The translations under genes and the position numbers were made by a program. From positions 4,255 to 68,254 of the forward strand of contig DASSNE010000056.1 of the NCBI GenBank assembly GCA_035688265.1: a stretch of DNA of 64,000 nt, in the 5' to 3' direction. The stretch's first letter is position 1, and each line of letters opens with the position of its first letter. The notes beneath the pieces are model-generated. The model did no database searches. It worked only from the letters and a program-made list of their open reading frames with translations, and was not told the origin of the DNA. Source of the stretch: Gammaproteobacteria bacterium (GTDB taxonomy: Bacteria > Pseudomonadota > Gammaproteobacteria > Natronospirales > DASSBR01). This document shows, one piece after another, positions 27,531-36,679 of the stretch.

Positions 27531-28111
27531 TCTCTAAGCCACTCGTCCAGCACGGCGCGCGCTTCATCCACGCCGTCGCCTTTCAGCGACGAAAATACCT
27601 GCACCGACACCTGTTCCGGCAGCTCACGCCGCACCGCCGCCAGGGTGGCGAGTCCGCGCCCGCGGCTCAGCTTGTCGGCCTTGTTCAGCAGAATGTGAAC
27701 CGGCAGGCCGCTCGGCAGGAACCAGCCGAGCATCTGCCGGTCGAAAGCTGTGAGCGGATGACGGATGTCCATGATCAGAAACAGCCCGGCCAGCGACTCG
27801 CGCCGGCCCAGGTAGCTTTCGATCATGCCGCGCCAGCGCTCCCGCACGGCCTGCGGCACACGCGCGAAGCCGTAGCCAGGCAGGTCCACCAGCCGCGCCC
27901 CGTCGTCGAGCGCAAAAAAATTGAGTAGTTGGGTGCGACCAGGCGTCTTGCTGGTGCGCGCGAGCTTGCGAATGCCGGCGATGCGGTTGAGCACGCTGGA
28001 TTTGCCGACGTTCGAACGACCGGCGAAGGCGATTTCGACGCCGGTGTCCGGCGGCAGCGACGCCTGCGATGCCGCGCTTTTCATAAAGCGCGCTTGCTGA
28101 TAGGTGCTCAT
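27515..28111 (-). CDS. engB: Ribosome-biogenesis GTPase EngB/YihA
   Basis: G1 GRSNVGKSS, G3 DLPGYG, G4 NKADK. 198 aa. Confidence 0.9.
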   Translation of the reverse strand: MSTYQQARFMKSAASQASLPPDTGVEIAFAGRSNVGKSSVLNRIAGIRKLARTSKTPGRTQLLNFFALDDGARLVDLPGYGFARVPQAVRERWRGMIESYLGRRESLAGLFLIMDIRHPLTAFDRQMLGWFLPSGLPVHILLNKADKLSRGRGLATLAAVRRELPEQVSVQVFSSLKGDGVDEARAVLDEWLREVASG

Positions 28112-28234
28112 GCTGATGCGTTAATGATTGTTGGACGGGCCTGCGGTAGAATACCGCTTTTGTTTTGCCCGCGCTTCGCGCATGCCCGCCAGGCTTCGCG
28201 GCATGCCGCTAGATTAAGGTAAGGGAGCTTCAAC

Positions 28235-28915
28235 GTGATCAAGACGTTTCTGATGGCAGCGGCCATGGCCGGCGCGCTTGGCTACACGGCGGCGGCGAGC
28301 GCTGCCAACGCGACAGGCTATCCGCCGGGCGACCCGCAGGCCGGCCAGCAGAAGGCGGCGCAGTGCGCAGCCTGTCACGGCGCCGACGGTAACAGCGCCT
28401 CCCCACAGTTCCCCAAGCTGGCCGGGCAGGACCCGGCTTACCTCGTCAAGGAACTCCACGATTTCAAGTCCGGCGCGCGCAAGAACGCGATCATGAACGG
28501 CATGGCCGCCGGCCTGAGCGATCAGGACATCGAGAATCTGGCCGCCTGGTTCTCCAGTCAGAAGATCAAGCCGGGCGCCGCCAATCCCAAGCTCGTCGCG
28601 GCCGGGCGCGCGCTCTACATGGGCGGTGACCAGTCGAAGGGCATTCCCGCCTGCGCCGCCTGTCACGGCCCCACAGGCGCCGGCATGGGGCCCGCCGCGT
28701 GGCCGCGTCTGGCCGGCCAGCACGCTGAGTACCTGGTCAGCCAGCTCAAGGCCTGGCGCAGCGGCTCGCGCGCCAATGATCCGCACGCGATGATGCGCAC
28801 TGTTGCGAAGAATATGACGGACCAGCAGATCGAGGCGGTGGCATCTTACCTGCAGGGTCTGCACACCGCCAAGGCGGCCGTCAACCCGATCCCGGGACAG
28901 ACTGCCGGCGAGTGA
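28235..28915 (+). CDS. Di-haem cytochrome c4
   Basis: Signal peptide plus two CAACHG haem-binding motifs with downstream Met ligands. GTG start with AGGGAG upstream. Confidence 0.85.
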   Translation: MIKTFLMAAAMAGALGYTAAASAANATGYPPGDPQAGQQKAAQCAACHGADGNSASPQFPKLAGQDPAYLVKELHDFKSGARKNAIMNGMAAGLSDQDIENLAAWFSSQKIKPGAANPKLVAAGRALYMGGDQSKGIPACAACHGPTGAGMGPAAWPRLAGQHAEYLVSQLKAWRSGSRANDPHAMMRTVAKNMTDQQIEAVASYLQGLHTAKAAVNPIPGQTAGE

Positions 28916-28922
28916 CAGCGGC

Positions 28923-29561
28923 ATGAAACTTCTGGTCGGGTTGTTGATGGTGTTCGCCGTGACCGCGGCAGCCCATGCCGCGCCCGCCCAGCCGCAGTTC
29001 AAGGAAGGCGAAAATTACCGGCTGGTCGTGCCGGTACAGCCGACCGACGCCGGGCCCAACCAGGTCCAGGTGATCGAGTTCTTCTGGTACGGCTGTCCGC
29101 ACTGCTACGCCTTCGAACCTTACCTTGAGAACTGGGCCGCCAGCCAGCCGGACAACGTGTTGTTCAAGCGCGTGCCGGCGGTGATCAACCCGGGCTGGAA
29201 GCCGCAGGCACGTGCCTTTTACACCGCCAGGGTGCTCGGCGTCGTCGGCAAGCTCCACAAACCGATTTTCGACGAAATTCATCTGCGCCATCACTTCCTG
29301 CACGACGAGGAAAGCTTCCAGAAATTCTTCGCGCAGTACGGCATCAGCAAAGACCAGTTCGACACCGCCTGGAACTCGTTCGCGGTCGACACGATGATGA
29401 AACAGGCCGCCGTGCTCGGCGAGCGCTATCGCATCATGGGGGTGCCGACGGTCGTGGTGGCGGGTAAATACATCACCGGCCCGACGATGGTGAAGAGTTT
29501 CCCGGAGCTGATTCAGGTCATCGATTTTCTGGTCAACAAGACGCTCCAAAGCAAGAGGTGA
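28923..29561 (+). CDS. dsbA: Thiol:disulfide interchange protein DsbA (paralog 1)
   Basis: Signal peptide, FFWYGCPHCYAFEP active site, and a C-terminal GVPTVVV cis-Pro loop. Confidence 0.85.
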   Translation: MKLLVGLLMVFAVTAAAHAAPAQPQFKEGENYRLVVPVQPTDAGPNQVQVIEFFWYGCPHCYAFEPYLENWAASQPDNVLFKRVPAVINPGWKPQARAFYTARVLGVVGKLHKPIFDEIHLRHHFLHDEESFQKFFAQYGISKDQFDTAWNSFAVDTMMKQAAVLGERYRIMGVPTVVVAGKYITGPTMVKSFPELIQVIDFLVNKTLQSKR

Positions 29562-29572
29562 GAAGGCCACTT

Positions 29573-30223
29573 ATGAAGTACAAACATCTGCTCGCGCTTG
29601 TTGCGGCCGCCGTCGCCTCTCTCGCGCTGACGACCGGCGCCCTCGCCGCCGACGCGACGCCCCGCGCGGGGGTCAACTACCAGGTTCTCGACACGCCGCA
29701 GCCGACCAACGCCGGGCCCGGACAGATCGAGGTGATGGAATTTTTCTGGTACGCCTGTCCGCACTGCTACGCCTTTGAACCCTACCTGGAAAACTGGCTC
29801 GCGAAAGACAAGCCGCAAGACGTCAAGTTCGTGCGCGTGCCGGTGATGAACGGCTTTCAGTGGGCACATGTCATGGCGCAGGCGTTCTACACCGAAAAGG
29901 CGCTCGGTGTAGTGGACAAGCTGCACAAGGCGATCTTCGACGAAATCCACCGCCGTCGGCATCTGCTGAAGAGCAAGGAAGATTTCAAGAAATTCTTCGT
30001 CAAGCACGGCGTCGACGCCGATGCCTTCGACAAGGCGTGGAATTCATTCACGGTCGCGATGAACATGAAGCGTGCCGCGAGCGAACAGAAGGCGTATCAG
30101 ATCATGGGCGTGCCGACGCTCGCGATCGCCGGCAAGTATACGCTGACGCTGCACCAGGGACAGGGCGACAAAGATCTGCTTCGCGTCACCGATTACCTGG
30201 TCAAGAAAGAGTCGTCGAAATAA
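29573..30223 (+). CDS. dsbA: Thiol:disulfide interchange protein DsbA (paralog 2)
   Basis: Signal peptide MKYKHLLALVAAAVASLALTTGALA, FFWYACPHCYAFEP, and GVPTLAI. Confidence 0.85.
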   Translation: MKYKHLLALVAAAVASLALTTGALAADATPRAGVNYQVLDTPQPTNAGPGQIEVMEFFWYACPHCYAFEPYLENWLAKDKPQDVKFVRVPVMNGFQWAHVMAQAFYTEKALGVVDKLHKAIFDEIHRRRHLLKSKEDFKKFFVKHGVDADAFDKAWNSFTVAMNMKRAASEQKAYQIMGVPTLAIAGKYTLTLHQGQGDKDLLRVTDYLVKKESSK

Positions 30224-30846
30224 GCCATCGCGCACTCGACGAGCGGGTACAGCACGAGTATGCGCACCTCGCGCCGCTCTACGACCGGCGCTGGCGCGTT
30301 TATCTCGACCGCTCGCTGGAGGCCACGCTCGCCCGCCTGCCGGCCGATGGCGGCGAGTCCATTCTCGACGTCGGCTGCGGGAGCGGCGAGTTGCTGCGCC
30401 GCCTGCACGCCCGCTATCCCGACGCCCGCCTGACCGGCATTGACGCATCGGCTGCGATGCTGGCTACTGCCCGCGCGAAGCTTGGCACGGAGGCGCAGTT
30501 AGCCTGTGCCCACGCCGCTATGCAGCCTTTTCCGGGCGCCACTTTCGATCTCGTGGTATCGACCAGCGTGCTGCATCATCTGCCGAAGCCGGAAGCCGCG
30601 CTCGCTGAAATCCGGCGCGTGCTCAAGCCGGGCGGTTGGCTGGTGCTGACCGACTGGTGCGGCGACTTTCTGTCGTGCCGACTGATGAAGCTGTGGCTGA
30701 GTATGCGACGGCGGCCGATCGTCCGCGTGTACCGCGGCGCGGAGTGCCAACGGATGCTTGAGCGCGCCGGCTTTCGCACCCAGCGGCTCGATCGCTACAG
30801 AATCAACTGGCCGTGGGGTTTGATGACGCTAACCGCCGCAAGATGA
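30220..30846 (+). CDS. Class I SAM-dependent methyltransferase with no canonical start codon (possible start-loss pseudogene)
   Basis: Motif I ILDVGCGSGEL and motif LKPGGWLVLTDW. The conserved-looking N-terminus (I)SHRALDERVQHEYAHLAPLYDRRW begins at ATA 30220. No in-frame ATG, GTG or TTG exists before the SAM motif. Confidence 0.5.
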   Translation: MSHRALDERVQHEYAHLAPLYDRRWRVYLDRSLEATLARLPADGGESILDVGCGSGELLRRLHARYPDARLTGIDASAAMLATARAKLGTEAQLACAHAAMQPFPGATFDLVVSTSVLHHLPKPEAALAEIRRVLKPGGWLVLTDWCGDFLSCRLMKLWLSMRRRPIVRVYRGAECQRMLERAGFRTQRLDRYRINWPWGLMTLTAAR

Positions 30847-30859
30847 TGCAGTCCCGCCA

Positions 30860-31336
30860 CTAGGCTGCTGGCTGCAGCGCGGCAATGGTGTCGGCCATCG
30901 CCTCGATATCCGGAATCATCGGCGTTTCGCTTGCCATGCGCGGTCGCGCCAGCACCGGCCCATCCCATGGATCGTCATCGTCGGCGCCCGCCTTTTTCAG
31001 AAAGTTTGCGTTAACGCGCACCAGGTACGGATACCCCTGCAGCATGAGCCCGAACGCACGTTCTTTGAGGTTCGGGCTGATGGAATGCACCACCGCAAGG
31101 CGTGCCCGGTGCGTCACGGCCGGCACGGGACGACCGCACAGTCCCTCGAACGAGACCAGCGGAATCGTGCCATCGTGCCAGCGCGTACGCCCGAGCAGCC
31201 ACGGCGGTGCGTCGGAACCGGCAGGCTCGCTGTTGGTATAGCCCGTCACCTCCGCGATCGCGAGACGCGGCAGCAACAGCTTCGCGTCCGCGACCGGGAT
31301 CAGCAGGCTATAAACCTCTTCGAGCTTCGTGGTCAC
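30860..31336 (-). CDS. chpC: CheW-like coupling protein (ChpC-like)
   Basis: 158 aa, a single CheW domain (LLIPVADAKLLLPRLAIAEV ... RWHDGTIPLVSFE), immediately downstream of chpA. Confidence 0.7.
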   Translation of the reverse strand: MTTKLEEVYSLLIPVADAKLLLPRLAIAEVTGYTNSEPAGSDAPPWLLGRTRWHDGTIPLVSFEGLCGRPVPAVTHRARLAVVHSISPNLKERAFGLMLQGYPYLVRVNANFLKKAGADDDDPWDGPVLARPRMASETPMIPDIEAMADTIAALQPAA

Positions 31337-31356
31337 CGCTCCCCTCCCCTAATCGG

Positions 31357-34300
31357 TCAACTTCTAATCAACTGCTGGATATGTTGCAGCAAGTCATCTT
31401 CCTGATATGGCTTGCCAAGGTAATCGTTGACGCCGATCTCCATCGCGCGGCTGCGATGCTTGTCGCCGGTGCGCGAGGTAATCATGATGATCGGCAGTTC
31501 GCGCAGTCGTGTATCGTTGCGGATATTGGCCGCCAGTTCGTAACCGTCCATGCGCGGCATTTCGATGTCGAGCAGCATGACGTCCGGGGTCGTATCCTGT
31601 AGCTGCGTCAGCGCGTCGACGCCGTCCTTCGCCGTCACCACCCGCATGCCGTGGCGCTCCAGCAGGCGCTGGGTAACCCGGCGCACGGTGATCGAATCAT
31701 CCACCACCATGACCAGCTTGCGCGCGTCGACCTCCGCGACCGGCGGCTCGGCAACCGTCACCGCCTCCTCGCCGACCTGCGCTCTTCGCATCAGCGCCGC
31801 CGGGTCGAGAATCAGCAGAATGCTGCCGTCGCCAAGAATGGTGGCGCCGGACAGGCCGCGAATACTCGCAAGCTGCGGACCGATCGATTTGACCACCACC
31901 TCGCGGCTGCCCTGCATCGATTCGGCCACGATCGCGCCGACCTGGTCGCCGGCACGCACCAGCAGTACCGGGTACGTGACGCGGCCGCCTTCGGCCGGCG
32001 GCGGCGAAAAGCCGAGCAGCGCCGACAGGTGCTGCAACGGCCAGGTGCGCCCGCCGTAGATAAATTCCTGCAACTCGCCGGCAAAATAGCGGTTGAGATC
32101 GCGCCCCGGGATACGGGTGATGCCATCGATCGTCGGCAGTGGAATGGCGAAAGTTTCCTCGCCGGCGGTAACCATCAGCGCCTGTGTGATTGCCAGCGTG
32201 AACGGCAGCCGCAGAGTGAATTTGGTGCCGGCGCCGGCAACCGAATCGATCGCCAGCGTGCCGCCGAGCTGGCGCACCTCGCTCGCGACCACGTCCATGC
32301 CGACGCCGCGGCCGGCCGACAGCGTTACCTCGCGGGCGGTGCTGAAGCCGGTTTCGAAAATGAACTGCATGATGTCGTTTTCGCTGAGCTGCGCGTCGGC
32401 CGTAATCAGCCCGCGCGCCACCGCCTGCTCGCGAATCGCGTCCAGATCCAGGCCGGCACCGTCGTCGATAATGTCGATGACGACCTCGGAACTTTCCCGA
32501 TGCAGGCCGATGGTGATCTGACCGGTCACCGGCTTGCCCAGGCGTTCGCGCTCCGGCGGCGTCTCGATGCCGTGGACGACGGCGTTGCGCAGCATGTGTT
32601 CCAGCGGCGCGAGTACGCGTTCCAGCACCTGGCGATCCATTTCGCCTTCGGCGCCGGACAGTTTCAGTTCGGCATGTTTATGGCTTTCCTGCGCTGCCTG
32701 GCGCACGACGCGGCGCAGGCGCTGGGCATGGTTCGAAAACGGCACCATGCGCGCGCGCATCAGGCCGTCCTGCAACTCGGTCGTCACGCGCGACTGCTGC
32801 AACAGCAGCGTTTCCGCCTCGCGCGCCTGGTTCGACAGCAGGCCCTGAATGCTGACCAGGTCACCGACCGATTCCATCAATGAGCGCGACAACTGCTGCA
32901 ACTGCGAATAGCGGTCCAGTTCCAGCGGATCGAATTCGCCGCGTTCGCCGCCTTCCTGCTCATGCTGAAAGACGATCTGAGCTTCGGCCTCGATCTCGAA
33001 CTTGCGCAACTGCTCGCGCACGCGCGCGACTGTCTGGTCGAGTTCCGACAGGTTGAAGTTCATCGTGCTGACCTGCTGCTCCAGGCGCGAACGATAAATA
33101 CTGACCTCGCCGGCGTGGTTCAGCGCAGCTTCCACCAGGTCCGCGCGCACGCGCATCACATCGGGCTGGACGCGCGGCCCGGCGCGACGATCTTCCTCGG
33201 GCGCGGGCCGGTAATTTGCTTCTTCGTCCGGCGCTGCCGGCTGCACCGGCTCGGTTGCCTCGACTTCGCTATCTTCCGGCGTCAGCTCGACGTTGGTGAT
33301 GATCAGATCGTCGTTGCGGTCGCGCTGATGGAGATAATCCAGCTCGTCCAGCAAATCGTCCGCGGGCGCGGGGGCCTGACCGGCAATGCTGCGCTCCAGC
33401 ATCCGGTGCAAACGATCAATAACCCGCTGCACCGCCTGCAGCATGCGCTCGGACACCCGCACGCGGCCATCGGCAACATGCGCCAGCAGCGTTTCGAGCT
33501 CGTGGCTGAGGTCGCCGAGCGGCATGAGGCCTGCCATGCGCGCGCCACCCTTGAAGGTATGCAGGTCGCGCTGCAGCGATCGGATGAAGGTGTCGTCGCC
33601 GAGATTTTCCTGCCAGCCCTCCAACGCCTCGTCGATGCTTTCGAGCAGTTCGTTCGCTTCTTCGAAGAAAATTGATGCCAGCTCCGGATCGAAATCGCGA
33701 TCCACTACGGGCTCGGCGGGCTCGAATGCTTCCGGCGTTTCGACAGCTTCGCCGCTTGCCGCAGCCGGGGGCGTGGCTTCCGCCGCCGGACCGGCAAACT
33801 CGTCCGCGACGAAATTATGGATTTCGCTCGCGATGGCATGAATCTCTTCGGCGGAAGGTTCCGGCGTCGACGGCGCCGCGTGGTGTTTCTCAAGTTCGAC
33901 CAGCCTGCCGGCCAGAGCGCCGAAGTCGTGCGCGGCATCGGGCGGCAGCGCCAGATCCGCCACCAGTTGGCGCACCGCGGCGGCCGTCTCGCGCAGAATC
34001 GGCAGCACGTCGTGCGGCGCCAGTTCGTGGCGCGCCGCCGCCGCCTTCAGAAAATGTTCCGCCGGCTCGACGAGTTTGCAAATAGCTTCGGCGCCGGCCG
34101 TGTAAGCGCTGCCCTTCAGCGTATGAAAGGCGCGCAACAAGTCATCGCCGATGACCCCGGCGCCACCACGCTCGCAGTCGTCGAGGAATCCGTCGATAAC
34201 CTCCAGGTGGCCGGCGGCTTCCTTCTCGAAAATCTCGTACAGCGCCGGGTCCATGGCCGGCTCCGCGACCGGTTCAGGCTTTGATTCGAGCGCCGCTTCT

Positions 34301-36660
34301 TCAGCGGCCGGCAGCCCGGGCTCTTGCGCAGCCGGTGCTTCGGGCGCCGGGGCGGGGCTATCCGCCGTGGCCGCCGGCAGTTCGGGCGCAGCTTGCGGCG
34401 GCGCCTCGTTGCGGCTGAAGGCCTCGGCACGCTGCACCAGGCTGTCGATGTCGATAGTCGTCGCCTGGCCGGCCTCCAATTCCTCGACTAGTTCCGGCAG
34501 CGCGGCCAATACTTCGGCAACCAGTTCGACAATCGCGTCGCGCACCTCGACGGTGCCGTCGATAACGCGATTGAGCATGTTTTCGACCGCCCACGAGAAC
34601 TCGCCGATGCGACGCGCGCCGACCATGCGGCCGCTGCCTTTCAGCGTGTGGAACGAACGCCGGACGACCGTCAACGCCTCGCGGTCTTCGAGGTTGCGCT
34701 GCCAGCGCGGGAAGTATTCGTCCAGCCGCGCCAGTTCTTCGTGCGCTTCCTCAAGGAAAATCTCGAGAATCTCGGGGTCGACCTCGTCCGGCTCCGGCAG
34801 CGCCGGCGCGGCGGCAGGCGCCGGTTGGGGCGGCGCTTCCGCCTCCGGTGGGGCCGGCTCCGACGGTACCTCGACCTGCGGCGGCTCGGCTGAGGGGACT
34901 TCGGGTTCCGGCGCCGCGACAGCGGACGGTTTGACGACCGCAAGCGACGGTGCCGCGTCATCAATATCCAGTTCGGCAAGGCAGGTTTCGGCGTTATCCA
35001 GCATCGATTGCGGATCGCCGCGGCCGTGTTGCACCGTTTCGAGATAAAACTCGACGCTGACCAGTGCATCCGCCATCCGGTCGAGCGCATCGGCCGACGG
35101 TCGCGCATTGCCGGCGAGCACGCGCTGCTCCACGAAGCGGCGAATGCCGTCGAGCACCGCCGCCGGGCGGTCCATATCAAGCAGATTGAGGCCGGCCTGC
35201 ACCTGACGCAGATAATCGGGAATGCGCCCGGTCGCCTCGGCGGAGCCTTCGCCCCGCGTGTATTCGGTGAGCGCGTCCTTGACGCGCGCGAGGTTGACGA
35301 CCGACTCGCGAATCACCGCACCGAACGTGTTCTTGTACTCGCTGTCCCGACCGCGCTCGGGATTCTGTACCGCCGCGGCCCGACGTTCGCCGGCGTCGGC
35401 AATCAGTTCCGACATGTCGCTGTCAAGCCGCGTTTCGATCGCCAGCAGCGCTTGTGCAACCTCCATCAGCGGCGCTTCGTCGGCTTTGCGGTCGCCGTTC
35501 GAAACCGACTGCAACGTGTCGATCTGTACCGTCAACTCGCTGCGCAGGCCGCCGAGGCCGAGTACCACGAGCGTATCGCCAACCTTTTTTAACAGCTCGG
35601 AAAGCGGCGCCAGATCCTCGATGTTGCGCCGCCCGGTGCGGACGAAAATATCAAGGCTGTCCTTGACCTGGATGATGTCCTCCTTGATCGCCGCGGACAC
35701 GGTGTGCATCAACTGCGCGTTGGGGCCGGACATCGCGGCGCGCGTCGCGTTGACTTCGTCTTCGTCGGGAAGCAGTTCGTCCAGGTTGAACGACTGCTTG
35801 ATGCTCGCCACGCGCTCGCCGTTCGAGGTCGCGCGGCCCACGTAATACAGCAGGTTGTTGATCAGTTCGCGCGGCGGCTGACTGGCAAACTCGGCCTCGC
35901 TCGTCTCGATGAGCCGCTTGATCTGGCGGTCGATCTGGCCGAGCATCTGCTTGAGCGCGACGCTGGCGGCGAGGCCGCCTTCCTGCAACGCCTCCAGCAC
36001 CCCGCCGACGATCCACCATAGTTCGAATACCGGTGGCCGGCCCGCCGCCTGCTCGAACTGACCGACCACCGCGGCCATCCGTTCAAGCGGCGCCTTGGCG
36101 CGGTCATCCTTGAACCAGGCGAGCAGCGCGGTCTGGAATTTGGGCCGCAACTTCTTTGCGAGACCGGCGAGGTCTGCGCTCTTGGGTGCGCTGACGCTCG
36201 GCATTGGCGGCAGCTTGACGTCGCCGCGCTCCTCGAGGTTGTGCGCGAACAGCGCACCTTCGCTGAGCAGCGGCTGGTCGCGCACGCTACGCAAATCGTT
36301 GAGCAGCGACAGCAGCGCCAGCGGCATGTCACGCTGGCCGTTGATGACACGTTCCAGGTAGTCGGGCAACTGCAGGATCGCCCGCATCAGCACTTCGAAA
36401 ATTTCGTCGGACGCTTCGAGACTATCGGCGTAAATGCCCTTCGCAACCGCTTCCATTTCTTCGGCGAGCATCGCTGCGCCATAGACTTCGACCACGCGCA
36501 ATGTGCCCTGAATCTGGTGCAGGCTCTCGACACACTGCGCCAGCGACTCGCGATCGTCGCGATCCTCGACGTAGGCTTCCAGGCCCTGCCGGACCCGCGT
36601 CAGCACGTCGTCGAGTTCGCTCTTGATCCAGAGCAGGGAATCGGTTGCGAGTTGGTTCAT
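31357..36660 (-). CDS. chpA: ChpA/PilL hybrid CheA-type histidine kinase of the Pil-Chp system
   Basis: 1767 aa. Six Hpt-like modules: canonical FHTLKGSG, FHTLKGSA and LHTFKGGA, one LHQIQGT variant, and two without His. Pro/Ala-rich linkers, HATPase_c (GRGVGMDVV), a CheW-like domain and a C-terminal receiver (VMVVDDSITVRR ... DIEMPRMDG ... K). Confidence 0.9.
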   Translation of the reverse strand: MNQLATDSLLWIKSELDDVLTRVRQGLEAYVEDRDDRESLAQCVESLHQIQGTLRVVEVYGAAMLAEEMEAVAKGIYADSLEASDEIFEVLMRAILQLPDYLERVINGQRDMPLALLSLLNDLRSVRDQPLLSEGALFAHNLEERGDVKLPPMPSVSAPKSADLAGLAKKLRPKFQTALLAWFKDDRAKAPLERMAAVVGQFEQAAGRPPVFELWWIVGGVLEALQEGGLAASVALKQMLGQIDRQIKRLIETSEAEFASQPPRELINNLLYYVGRATSNGERVASIKQSFNLDELLPDEDEVNATRAAMSGPNAQLMHTVSAAIKEDIIQVKDSLDIFVRTGRRNIEDLAPLSELLKKVGDTLVVLGLGGLRSELTVQIDTLQSVSNGDRKADEAPLMEVAQALLAIETRLDSDMSELIADAGERRAAAVQNPERGRDSEYKNTFGAVIRESVVNLARVKDALTEYTRGEGSAEATGRIPDYLRQVQAGLNLLDMDRPAAVLDGIRRFVEQRVLAGNARPSADALDRMADALVSVEFYLETVQHGRGDPQSMLDNAETCLAELDIDDAAPSLAVVKPSAVAAPEPEVPSAEPPQVEVPSEPAPPEAEAPPQPAPAAAPALPEPDEVDPEILEIFLEEAHEELARLDEYFPRWQRNLEDREALTVVRRSFHTLKGSGRMVGARRIGEFSWAVENMLNRVIDGTVEVRDAIVELVAEVLAALPELVEELEAGQATTIDIDSLVQRAEAFSRNEAPPQAAPELPAATADSPAPAPEAPAAQEPGLPAAEEAALESKPEPVAEPAMDPALYEIFEKEAAGHLEVIDGFLDDCERGGAGVIGDDLLRAFHTLKGSAYTAGAEAICKLVEPAEHFLKAAAARHELAPHDVLPILRETAAAVRQLVADLALPPDAAHDFGALAGRLVELEKHHAAPSTPEPSAEEIHAIASEIHNFVADEFAGPAAEATPPAAASGEAVETPEAFEPAEPVVDRDFDPELASIFFEEANELLESIDEALEGWQENLGDDTFIRSLQRDLHTFKGGARMAGLMPLGDLSHELETLLAHVADGRVRVSERMLQAVQRVIDRLHRMLERSIAGQAPAPADDLLDELDYLHQRDRNDDLIITNVELTPEDSEVEATEPVQPAAPDEEANYRPAPEEDRRAGPRVQPDVMRVRADLVEAALNHAGEVSIYRSRLEQQVSTMNFNLSELDQTVARVREQLRKFEIEAEAQIVFQHEQEGGERGEFDPLELDRYSQLQQLSRSLMESVGDLVSIQGLLSNQAREAETLLLQQSRVTTELQDGLMRARMVPFSNHAQRLRRVVRQAAQESHKHAELKLSGAEGEMDRQVLERVLAPLEHMLRNAVVHGIETPPERERLGKPVTGQITIGLHRESSEVVIDIIDDGAGLDLDAIREQAVARGLITADAQLSENDIMQFIFETGFSTAREVTLSAGRGVGMDVVASEVRQLGGTLAIDSVAGAGTKFTLRLPFTLAITQALMVTAGEETFAIPLPTIDGITRIPGRDLNRYFAGELQEFIYGGRTWPLQHLSALLGFSPPPAEGGRVTYPVLLVRAGDQVGAIVAESMQGSREVVVKSIGPQLASIRGLSGATILGDGSILLILDPAALMRRAQVGEEAVTVAEPPVAEVDARKLVMVVDDSITVRRVTQRLLERHGMRVVTAKDGVDALTQLQDTTPDVMLLDIEMPRMDGYELAANIRNDTRLRELPIIMITSRTGDKHRSRAMEIGVNDYLGKPYQEDDLLQHIQQLIRS

Positions 36661-36679
36661 ATTTTAAGAATTCTCGCCG

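Noticed and set aside
33700-34950. Repetitive GC-rich, Pro/Ala-coding DNA inside chpA that looks like a tandem-repeat region
   Set aside because: It translates in the chpA frame into the PA/PE-rich linkers between Hpt domains (for example APEPEVPSAEPPQVEVPSEPAPPEAEAPPQPAP), a normal feature of ChpA proteins. It is not an independent element.
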